Positions 1-8,201 of a DNA stretch of 41,732 nt are shown piece by piece. This stretch comes from a virus. Under the pieces are notes generated by a model. The model saw only the letters and a list, made by a program, of their open reading frames with translations. It was not told where the DNA came from and did no database searches. How positions within the stretch are numbered: position 1 is the first letter of the stretch; the number at the start of each line of letters is the position of its first letter. The position numbers were made by a program, and so were the translations under genes. The stretch spans positions 1 through 41,732 of IMG/VR virus record IMGVR_UViG_3300045988_038035. The stretch is one strand, 5' to 3'.

Positions 1-141
1 CTTTTTGAGATCTTCTGTCAAGTTCTCCACGCTGCGCTGCGCCGCATAAAGCTGCGTACTGGGGTCCTGCTGCTTGAGCAGCCGCGTTGCCTGCAACGCC
101 TGTGCCGCATTTCTCTGGCGCTTTACGATGGTGTCGAGCAC
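1..141. repeat. Terminal direct repeat, copy 1 (identical to 41592..41732)
   Basis: Base-by-base comparison of both ends. Identity starts at ctttttgagatc and ends at gtgtcgagcac. Confidence 0.97.
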
Positions 142-3100
142 ATCGATAGCTGTCTCCACATCACCGCTGTTTGCTGCATTGTTGTAGAGCGCCCAGCCAA
201 TCGCCGTGTTTTCCTTGCTAATTCCCTCTTTGGTGGAACTTTTCCACTTGTTCAGGGTCTTTTGCCAGCCTTCGGTTTTGATGCGGCTTTCTGCGTCACT
301 AATGGCCTGCTTGTCCGTATAGCGGTCGTAGGAGAACTCTCCTTTTGCCACCATTCGCTCCAACGTCGGTATCATTTCGTCCGGCGTGGCCTTTGCTTCC
401 AGCACCGTGCGGATCGTGCGGCTGACGTATTTGTCATCCGCCGTCTTCTTCGGTACCTGCACTTCGCGGTATGCACGCTCGCCCGCCGGGATATATCCGT
501 ACTTCTCTTTCAGCGCTTCGTAGTTTGCCTCAGGGATCTCGCGGGAGAATTGCGCGCCATTCACGCCGTTGACATTCCCGCCATTTTGGGGTACACTACC
601 ATTCGAAGCATTGGTGGACACCCCAACAGGGCGATTATTCGCTTTAGCTGTACCGTTTTGGTACTGAAGGGGCGGTGCCGATGCTTTATTTTTATTTTCA
701 TTAAGCTGGATGGAGTAGACAAACTCTCCGTCCGGCTTTTTTCTTACATTCGCCAGCAGGTCATACACCTGTCCGTCGATCTGCACGGTCTTGACGAAAT
801 ACTCCCAGCCGGTTAGGTTTTGATGCGCCTGCGATTTCTTTCCCTGCTCGGTTTTACCTCCGTTGTAGGTCGCGTTTTCTACAAGATCGAAGATGCTGCC
901 ATCCGCGCCGGTATTGATTTTCGCTTTCCAGCCCTTTTGAGAGGATTTTTTATCGCCGTATACGTTCTTGCGAAGGTCTGCTTCGTCAAACTTCGCATAA
1001 TAGGTGTTGTTGCCGTCGCTGAATTTGGCCGTGCGCCCCGCGTACTCGTTGCGCATGATGTCCATAAAGGCTTCCATGCGCTCCTTGTAGGACATCTTCT
1101 TAATGTCCTCGCCGGTCTCGTAGACCTCGATTCCGTCCTTGTTCTTTCCGACAAGCTCATAGCTCTCCCCGCTGTCCGAAAACACCGTGTTCTCGTCGCC
1201 GGTGTCCGGCTTGCGCCCTCTGCGTTCCTCCGCCGTCAGGCCGCGCCGCGCCGCAGCGTCCCGCGCCTCGATCTCTCCCGCCGTGTCGCGGTAGAGATCT
1301 CCCGGCAGTCTGCTGTCCCTCGCGTTTCTGTCAATGCTGTCGCGCAGGCTGAAATAATCCCACACGCGGTCGCCGTATTTTTCTTCCAGCTGGTCGCGTC
1401 TTTCGTCGAAGCGCACCCATTCCGGCGGATCCGGCTCGATCTGCTCCCATGTTTCCATGTCGACTTTCCCGCGCGGCACCGTCGGCGCCATGGCGTTCAG
1501 TTCTTCCATGCTGCGCATAAACTCGGGATCGTTTGCCTTCATCTGCTCATACTGCTCGCGCAGCCGCGCGCCTTCGCGTCTGGTTTCGGCGTCCCTGCCG
1601 TCATATCCCTCCTCGAGTTTTCTGTTCCAGTATTTCAGATTTGCCCCGGGTGTGAAGCCCTCTCTTTGCTGAATGGCGTGCTGTACCTCATGAGTGAGGG
1701 AATTCAGCAACGCCTCCGGTCTGTTTTTCAGGTCGCGGCTCAGTTCAATACTGTCGAACCTGCGGTTATACCCGCCGTTCTGCCCGCGCTCAAGCGTCTG
1801 GAACATTACATCCATATCTCTCATGTCCGGATAGGTGGCGAACAGCGCCGGCGCGTCCACCAGCTCGCCCAGCGTGGTGTAGTTGGGGATGGACTTTGCA
1901 GCCTCTTTCATTGTTTCCAATGTTAGCGCCCACTTCTCAAAATCGTCGCCAAACTCTCCGGTCAGCTTCTCGTATAGCGCCTCGTCGGCCTCTCCGCGCT
2001 CCGTGCTTCTCTGGTAGTCCGCAAGGTCTCTCCTCTGTTCGTCCGTCAGCTCGCGGTTGGTCAGCCTATCCCATGCATGGGTTTTCTCCCGCAGCTCCGT
2101 GTCGTAGTCATATAACCCAGATTCAAAGCGCAGCTTCATGCCGCTGTCGTCGGTTTCCCATCTCCATTTTCCGTCGGCGCCGCGGAACCAGCCCGTTTTC
2201 TGCCGGATCGTCTCAGCATCAGCCCCGTTTTTCTCCATCTCTTTCGCCGTATTAAGCGCTGCTTTGTCTGCATTCTTCGCTTTCTCGCCTGCATAGCTGA
2301 ATTTTTCGCGTACCGGGCCCGTTCCGCTTGGCGGTGCGCGCGAGTTTTCACGCGCAACGGTTTCACTCTCCACCTTGATATGTGCAAGAAGGAATGCTGC
2401 CGCATCGCTGATCTCGCTGTCGGCGAAAATGTTCATATCGCCGAGGCTGTCGCAAACCATCTCTTCCCAAATCTCCTGCGCCGTCATTTCGGTGCCGGCA
2501 TAAGCGTCTGCGTATGCCGTACAGAGGAATCCAACTTCTCCGCTGGTAAAGGTCTTATCGATGCGCGTGCGTACCTCGTCCAGATCAACTTCGCCCTTTG
2601 CGATCATATCATGTCCGGCCTCATGCCGCATGATCTGGTACGACGTAAATTCCGGATGGTCTGCACGGATAAACACGCGGTCGCCCGAAACGTAGCCGCG
2701 CGCCTGGAACGTTTTCCCGTTCTTGCTGCGGAACGTCAGATTATTTCCGGCAAAAAACGTCACGCGCAGGCCGCGCTCTTTGGCGAGGTCCTTCGCCTTG
2801 CGCATTTCCTCCGTCTCGTTCTTCACAAGATAGACGCTGTCATTGACCGCGCCTCTGCCGATGCCGAAGCTCGCAGTGCTTACTTTTTCTCCATAATCGA
2901 GCGCAGCTGCTTCGCTGTCTGCGAAGTGTCTCCCTTTCTTCCGGCTCTGATCTCGTCCTGTGCTTTCTTCCACGCCTCGTACTTCTCCGCGGGGATTCGC
3001 ACCGTTATCCCGTTCGCTGCCGTCGCGTAAATGTACTGCTTCTCCATGTTCGACTCCTTCCTGCTGCGCGTATTCTGCGCGCAACTCGTCCATTGTCACC

Positions 3101-5175
3101 TCTCCTGTCTCGAGGGCAAGGCGGTTGTCAGTTACATACTTGTCAAAGCCGGTCGCCTGCGCCTCTGCGCCTGCGATCTGCTGCTTTGCTGCAATATAAT
3201 CCGTGTTTGGGGCGACCGCCGTTCCATCAGCAGCAGTGTACCCATTCGTTAGCATGTCGTCAAGCACGATCTCGAGTGTTTTTGCCGCTTTGACGTTCTC
3301 CTGCCCATTATTGTTGATAATGCGCTGCGCGGCATCAATGATTTGCGTGCGCGTCAGGCCCTCGTCCATCGCCTTGCGCATGGCAGGTGTCTCGAATATC
3401 TGATTGTTTCTCTGGTATCCGTTTGCCGTCCGCTGCCGCGCGCCCTTCTGCTGCCCGCGCGAAAGGCTTATATCTGCGATACCGGCGATCTGCTCTGCTG
3501 CCGCGCTGTAATAACTGTGCAGCTCTGGGTGGTCGAACTGGAAAGCGTTCACGTTTCTGCCCGATACGTTTTCCTTCGTGCGGCTGTCAATGTGCTCGCC
3601 CGTTCCCGCTGCCGCCTTCGCGTCGTTCTGCCCTGCGACATAGCCTGCATAGGCCGTCTCATTCGTCGGGTTCGGGTTCGCCTTGCCCTCTACGCCCGCG
3701 TTGTAGGCGGGCAGGAAGTCCGCGACGTGCTGCGCCGTGTCCTTGCCCTCCTGGTACGAGCCGCGCATCGCCTTGCGCCCGTTCTCGCCGATCATATCGT
3801 TGTAGCGGGCAAACAGCCGGTCGGAAATGCCGTTCACAACATCTGCATCGCTGCTGCGCGGCCCCTGCGGCAGCTCCGTGCGGCTGTCGTAATAGCCGCG
3901 GTTTGTGAGCGCTTCCACGCCGCCGCCAAGCCCGCCGAGAATGCCGCCGACAAGGAAGTCATTCAGCACTTCCGCCGCTTCCAGCTCGCTGTAGCTCCCG
4001 CCGAGCGTCTTGCCGTTGTAGATCATTTGCAGCGCGGGCTGAACAAGATCCTCAAGCACTTCCTCGCCGCCCTCTTCAAGGAACGAGAGCACGAGCTTTC
4101 CTGCAGCGCTTTTCGTGAGGTTGCCCATCGTGCGTTCAATGACATCATCAAGGAAGCCCTTGCCGAACATCTTGCGGAACGGCCCCGCCGCGTTGCCGAT
4201 CTTCTCGGTCGCCACGCTCAGCGCGCCGCTCGCAAAGCCATAGTTGACCTGCTGCTCGTGCGTTGCGCCCTGTCTGCGCGCTTCCTGCGCGCTTCCGCCC
4301 GTGCTGCGGACAAACATCGCAGGGAGTGCGCTGCCGCCCGTCAGAAGGCCAAGAGCCGCGTCCATGCCCATCTGCGCGCCCGCAACGCCGACGTCGACTG
4401 CAAGCCGCCCCGCGCCGCCAAGATCGCGCTTTGCCTTGCTGATGTCCTTTGCGCCGCTGTCGGCGAGACGGTCGGCGGCCTTGTAGATGTTGCCCGCCGT
4501 GCGCTCCACCTCACCGCCCTCGCCGTATGCCTGCAGGTATGCGGCTTTTTTTGCTTCCAGCGCCGTAATGACGTTGCGCGCCGTGTCGCGCTCAGATGCC
4601 GTGCTGCTCGGGTCTGCCAGCACGGCGCGCTGTGCCTTGATGTCCTGATCCCACAGCGCAATTTCTTTCTCGGCTTCCTCGCGCTGTTGCAATCCAACGC
4701 CTACCTGCTTCATACCCACAGCGTTGACAAATCCCGAACCGTAGGTCTTTACTGCGCCCTTTGCCGCGTTCCCGACGCGCTGCGCGACCGTCTGCGGCTT
4801 CACGTCCCTCACGTGCTGCGCAAGGGCTTCCTTGCTCTGGTACGGCTTTGCGTTTTGCTGCTGCAAAGCGCCGCTATTGAGCCCCTGCATGATGGGGCTT
4901 TGCCACTTGGGCGTCACGACATTCTGCTGCACGGTCGGCTGCTGGCGGAACATCGGAGACGTTGCCTTCTTCTCCTGTGCCGTCATCTTTGGCGTAGAAA
5001 CAGACCGATAATAAGTGTAAATCTGCTCCCGCTTGTCTTGCTTTACTCTCGCAGGCTTTTGCGCGGGTGCGTAGGAAGAGGGAGCGGGGCTGCTGACCGC
5101 AGCAGCCGCCCCACTTTTTTTCTGATACTCACGATATCCCTTGATAGAATCCAGCTTTTCCTTTTTGATCGGCAT
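1..5175 (-). CDS. Giant multidomain virion-associated (polyvalent-type) protein, 5' part (1,725 codons). Continues across the circular junction into 41591..39420, for 2,448 aa in total.
   Basis: My own minus-strand translation. ATG at 5175, GGAGGT at 5181-5186, in-frame TAA just upstream. The frame stays open to nt 1 and is the same frame as track ORF 39420..41732 once the 141-nt overlap is superimposed. It is absent from the track because no stop lies in the window on this side. Motifs: HEAGH (2611-2625), HEVQH (1678-1692), and a Gly-rich hydrophobic stretch (4309-4419). Confidence 0.8.
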   Translation of the reverse strand, partial: MPIKKEKLDSIKGYREYQKKSGAAAAVSSPAPSSYAPAQKPARVKQDKREQIYTYYRSVSTPKMTAQEKKATSPMFRQQPTVQQNVVTPKWQSPIMQGLNSGALQQQNAKPYQSKEALAQHVRDVKPQTVAQRVGNAAKGAVKTYGSGFVNAVGMKQVGVGLQQREEAEKEIALWDQDIKAQRAVLADPSSTASERDTARNVITALEAKKAAYLQAYGEGGEVERTAGNIYKAADRLADSGAKDISKAKRDLGGAGRLAVDVGVAGAQMGMDAALGLLTGGSALPAMFVRSTGGSAQEARRQGATHEQQVNYGFASGALSVATEKIGNAAGPFRKMFGKGFLDDVIERTMGNLTKSAAGKLVLSFLEEGGEEVLEDLVQPALQMIYNGKTLGGSYSELEAAEVLNDFLVGGILGGLGGGVEALTNRGYYDSRTELPQGPRSSDADVVNGISDRLFARYNDMIGENGRKAMRGSYQEGKDTAQHVADFLPAYNAGVEGKANPNPTNETAYAGYVAGQNDAKAAAGTGEHIDSRTKENVSGRNVNAFQFDHPELHSYYSAAAEQIAGIADISLSRGQQKGARQRTANGYQRNNQIFETPAMRKAMDEGLTRTQIIDAAQRIINNNGQENVKAAKTLEIVLDDMLTNGYTAADGTAVAPNTDYIAAKQQIAGAEAQATGFDKYVTDNRLALETGEVTMDELRAEYAQQEGVEHGEAVHLRDGSERDNGANPRGEVRGVEESTGRDQSRKKGRHFADSEAAALDYGEKVSTASFGIGRGAVNDSVYLVKNETEEMRKAKDLAKERGLRVTFFAGNNLTFRSKNGKTFQARGYVSGDRVFIRADHPEFTSYQIMRHEAGHDMIAKGEVDLDEVRTRIDKTFTSGEVGFLCTAYADAYAGTEMTAQEIWEEMVCDSLGDMNIFADSEISDAAAFLLAHIKVESETVARENSRAPPSGTGPVREKFSYAGEKAKNADKAALNTAKEMEKNGADAETIRQKTGWFRGADGKWRWETDDSGMKLRFESGLYDYDTELREKTHAWDRLTNRELTDEQRRDLADYQRSTERGEADEALYEKLTGEFGDDFEKWALTLETMKEAAKSIPNYTTLGELVDAPALFATYPDMRDMDVMFQTLERGQNGGYNRRFDSIELSRDLKNRPEALLNSLTHEVQHAIQQREGFTPGANLKYWNRKLEEGYDGRDAETRREGARLREQYEQMKANDPEFMRSMEELNAMAPTVPRGKVDMETWEQIEPDPPEWVRFDERRDQLEEKYGDRVWDYFSLRDSIDRNARDSRLPGDLYRDTAGEIEARDAAARRGLTAEERRGRKPDTGDENTVFSDSGESYELVGKNKDGIEVYETGEDIKKMSYKERMEAFMDIMRNEYAGRTAKFSDGNNTYYAKFDEADLRKNVYGDKKSSQKGWKAKINTGADGSIFDLVENATYNGGKTEQGKKSQAHQNLTGWEYFVKTVQIDGQVYDLLANVRKKPDGEFVYSIQLNENKNKASAPPLQYQNGTAKANNRPVGVSTNASNGSVPQNGGNVNGVNGAQFSREIPEANYEALKEKYGYIPAGERAYREVQVPKKTADDKYVSRTIRTVLEAKATPDEMIPTLERMVAKGEFSYDRYTDKQAISDAESRIKTEGWQKTLNKWKSSTKEGISKENTAIGWALYNNAANSGDVETAIDVLDTIVKRQRNAAQALQATRLLKQQDPSTQLYAAQRSVENLTEDLKK
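2880..3047 (-). CDS. 55-aa ORF embedded in another frame of the giant ORF (MEKQYIYATAANGITVRIPAEKYEAWKKAQDEIRAGRKGDTSQTAKQLRSIMEKK)
   Basis: AGGAAGGAG lies 6 nt before the ATG. GC3 by hand count is about 75% in this frame versus about 40% in the giant-ORF frame over the same nt. The ORF ends GAG AAA AAG TAA. Confidence 0.35.
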   Translation of the reverse strand: MEKQYIYATAANGITVRIPAEKYEAWKKAQDEIRAGRKGDTSQTAKQLRSIMEKK

Positions 5176-5188
5176 AATTTACCTCCGC

Positions 5189-6442
5189 TTATTCAAGCCA
5201 TTCGTCCGGGTCATAGCCAAAGTGGCTGAACAGATATCGCGCCTCCGCATCCGTCAACTTGCCTTGATCTGCATACACCGCAATCGTGTTTGCAATGCCT
5301 GTATTGCTACCGGTCTGCGTCTTCATCTTCTCTAAGCTCGATAATATTCTTGAAGCGCTACTGCTGAGCCCTCCCCCGTCATTTCCACCGTTCTGACTTT
5401 CCAGCCAGTTTTCATAGTCGGAATAGAGCCCGCTCGACGATGTAAAACCGTACTTCTGGTAGTTCGCCTTCTGTGCAAGCCAGCTCTTGGGGTTTCCGCT
5501 CGCCTGCGCCGCAGCAAACAGGCCTTCATAGTCCATCGTGCCGCCGGAATAGCCTCTCGACCCGCCGGAGCTTCTGCTGCCGCCGCTTGCTTTTTTCGCC
5601 GCCTGCAGTGCGGCCTGCTGCAATTTATACTGCCATTCCGCGTCGTAGCGCGCGTCCTCGATGGCGTCGCGTTCCTTCTGATAGTCGTACTTGAGCTTGT
5701 CCTGCTCCTTCTGATAGGCAAGGCTGTCGGCGTACTGCTGATCGCCCACCTGATCGCGCGCGAGCTGATAAAGATAGTCTCGGTTGCTGAGCCAGCGGCT
5801 GTAGTTGTTGTCCTCAAGGCCGATAAGCGTGTTGAGATTCTGCCGGTCGAGGTTGATGCCGTCCATATACATGCCGTAGGCAAGCTGCTGCAGCTCGGGG
5901 ATCTTGTCGGTCATCTGGCTCATCTGGTAGTCGCTCGCCTGCTGACTTGCCGTGACCGCCGCCGTGGACGGCATGCCGCCGGTCATCACAGCCGCCTTGC
6001 CGAGCACGTCCTCTGCGCTGCGGTCTGCCTCGCGCGTATACTGCTTGCGGTACTGCTGATAGAGCGGGTCGCTTACCGCATCGTAAGAGAACGGCTTGCG
6101 GTTGAGCATCGCGTCCAGCGCCGCGCTGATCTTGCCGTCTGCATCGTAGTTGTAGCTGCTCTCGCCCAGCTTGTCGAGCCAGCTCGTGTCAGCTTTCGGC
6201 GCGCTCGGCTGCCGCAGCGTTTCGCCGCTGTCGAGCTTGATGTAATCGCTGCCGTCAACGCCGCCGCTGTACTGGTATTTCGAGCGGATCCTTTCTGCCG
6301 CGTCGTGCGCAGCCTGCTGCCCCGCCTTGTCGCCCGCAGCGTACGCCCTGTCGTAGTTTTCGGTATACTGTCTGATGAGATCAAGGTCGTTCTGATCGGT
6401 AATCAGGCTCAGGTCGGTGTTTTTATGCTTAAAATCTGCCAT
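5189..6442 (-). CDS. Virion protein, Q/Y/G-rich (possible internal/ejection protein)
   Basis: Track ORF of 417 aa. SD GAGGGGAAG precedes the ATG. Sits in the late structural operon. No motif recognised. Confidence 0.75.
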   Translation of the reverse strand: MADFKHKNTDLSLITDQNDLDLIRQYTENYDRAYAAGDKAGQQAAHDAAERIRSKYQYSGGVDGSDYIKLDSGETLRQPSAPKADTSWLDKLGESSYNYDADGKISAALDAMLNRKPFSYDAVSDPLYQQYRKQYTREADRSAEDVLGKAAVMTGGMPSTAAVTASQQASDYQMSQMTDKIPELQQLAYGMYMDGINLDRQNLNTLIGLEDNNYSRWLSNRDYLYQLARDQVGDQQYADSLAYQKEQDKLKYDYQKERDAIEDARYDAEWQYKLQQAALQAAKKASGGSRSSGGSRGYSGGTMDYEGLFAAAQASGNPKSWLAQKANYQKYGFTSSSGLYSDYENWLESQNGGNDGGGLSSSASRILSSLEKMKTQTGSNTGIANTIAVYADQGKLTDAEARYLFSHFGYDPDEWLE

Positions 6443-6451
6443 TGCTTCCCC

Positions 6452-8038
6452 TCACTTTCTCCCGCCCGTCACATATTCGTATTCGAGCGCATAGAGCCGG
6501 TATTCTCCCTCTGCTTTGATCTTGAGCTTGAAGTGATCGCAGCGGCGAATCGGGCAGTTGAGCGTGAAAACGTCTTTCTCCTGCGCCCCGCAGCGGTCGA
6601 CCTCTTCCCACGCGCCGCCGTCGAACTTGACAAGGAACACGGCCGTTGTGCCCTTCTCGCATTCCAGCCGCGCCCGCACGCGCTGCACGTGCTTCGCGTC
6701 GAACGATCCGCCGTCATAGTCGGCAAATTCGGCAACGCTTGCAACCGCGCCCTCGCGCGTCGCCCCTGTGGGAATGTCTGCGGGGCTTCCAAGCAGCACG
6801 CACCCGCCGTCTACTAAGGCCATGATACCGCCGTGGTAGGCCATTTGCACCACGGGAAGCGCATCTTCCTTGTGCCATGTCCCGTTTTCCGTGCTGTAGC
6901 AGTAGAGCGCCGCCCCTGTGCCGGTCTTGAGGCTTGCGTAGTAGTTGAGCCCGTCGCTGCCGCCCACACCCTGTGTGAATCGCACCTCGTCCCCCAGCAC
7001 GCGCGAAATGCACCGCGGCATGCCGCCGCCGTACGCCATCACGCCCACTTTGGAGAGGTAGTAGAGCGTTTCTCCTGCGATGGCAAGGCTCTTTGCGCTG
7101 CCCTTCTGCACGCCGAGCACCGCGCTTGACATGAGTTGGAAGTTGGTCGGAATCGTGCCATACATCTTGAAGATTTTGTCCTCTTTGAAAAAGCACGGGT
7201 AGCCGAGATAGCTGACGCAGGCCGTGAATGCCCCCGCCGTGCCGCTTTCCACGTTGAACGAGCTTGTGGCCAGATTCTCAAAAACGTTCCAGTTGTAGGG
7301 GTCGCCGAGCTTGCTTGCATAGATGCTGTCACCCTTGCAGCCCCATACGCGGTTTTCGTTCGTGCAGACAAAGTCCATGTCGGGAACCGTCCGCTTGATC
7401 GTCACCGTGCCCGTTTCCGTGATGCTCGTCTGCCCGTCCGGCAGGCGGAATGTGTTCTCATAAAAGCGCAGCGTCTTTTTGTTCGCGCTGATCTCCCGAA
7501 TAACGGGTGTGCGGTTGTTGTACGGCATCTTCGTGCAGCCGGAGATCGTCACCGCGTCGCCCACGTTGAACGGGAACGCCGCGCCGGTCGTCGTAATGCT
7601 GTTCGCCGCCGCCTTTTCGTCGGCATACGTCCCGTCTCCAAAGGTAAGCCCAGCCGCGCTGTAGCTTGCCTCCATCGGCTTGATCGTCCCGTCCTTTTCA
7701 CATACGATCTTGTCCGGGAAGATGAGCACGCGCTCCCCGAGTGCGCAGAAGGTTTTTTCGCTGTCTTGGATGCTGCCCTTCTGCACGCCGCCGATGTAGA
7801 GCTTTGTCCCGTATACCTCATAGAGCTTGCCTGCGCTGAAAATGCCGTTTGCCTTGCCCATGCCGGAGCGTATGGTGTAGCGTCTCGCGCGAGGCGCGAG
7901 CAGCGGGAAAAACCGTGCCGACAGGTTGCTCATGTCGTACAGCTCGCCGCCCGACGCGCCGAACGTGTGGTTGATGCCGCCGAATTTCTCCTGCTGCATG
8001 CGCCGGTTGGCGTAGGCTGCGATCTCAGGCAGTCTCAT
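6452..8038 (-). CDS. Structural protein (tail/adaptor candidate), 528 aa
   Basis: Track ORF, tightly packed in the late operon. Function is inferred from position only. Confidence 0.75.
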   Translation of the reverse strand: MRLPEIAAYANRRMQQEKFGGINHTFGASGGELYDMSNLSARFFPLLAPRARRYTIRSGMGKANGIFSAGKLYEVYGTKLYIGGVQKGSIQDSEKTFCALGERVLIFPDKIVCEKDGTIKPMEASYSAAGLTFGDGTYADEKAAANSITTTGAAFPFNVGDAVTISGCTKMPYNNRTPVIREISANKKTLRFYENTFRLPDGQTSITETGTVTIKRTVPDMDFVCTNENRVWGCKGDSIYASKLGDPYNWNVFENLATSSFNVESGTAGAFTACVSYLGYPCFFKEDKIFKMYGTIPTNFQLMSSAVLGVQKGSAKSLAIAGETLYYLSKVGVMAYGGGMPRCISRVLGDEVRFTQGVGGSDGLNYYASLKTGTGAALYCYSTENGTWHKEDALPVVQMAYHGGIMALVDGGCVLLGSPADIPTGATREGAVASVAEFADYDGGSFDAKHVQRVRARLECEKGTTAVFLVKFDGGAWEEVDRCGAQEKDVFTLNCPIRRCDHFKLKIKAEGEYRLYALEYEYVTGGRK

Positions 8039-8201
8039 TTTTGGCCTCGCTTTCCGTCGGCTCCGTCGCGTCGCAGATGGCCATGATGTTGCGCAGCGCC
8101 TGCCGCGCCGCCGCCACCACGTCCACGCCGTCGCCGCTCACGTTCAGCATGCTGATGAGCCGCATCGCCTGCGCCGCTTCCTGCTTGATCTTTTCGTTCA
8201 T
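8025..8201 (-). CDS. Small late protein, 58 aa (start refined to MNEKIKQ)
   Basis: ATGA overlap with the stop of the fibre gene at 8198-8201. Confidence 0.6.
   Translation of the reverse strand: MNEKIKQEAAQAMRLISMLNVSGDGVDVVAAARQALRNIMAICDATEPTESEAKNETA

Noticed and set aside
262-5229. Long plus-strand track ORFs (262..816, 820..1926, 1896..2255, 2380..3030, 3343..5229 and nested ones)
   Set aside because: Their translations are R/A/L/V-rich nonsense with no SD. They lie exactly antisense, codon-for-codon, to the giant minus-strand ORF, so they are GC-rich shadow frames.
6847-6856. A fifth copy of the promoter-like motif (CCCGTGGTGCAAA on the minus strand)
   Set aside because: It differs in the core (GTGC rather than GTGA), lies inside a coding region and has no -10-like element at the expected distance.
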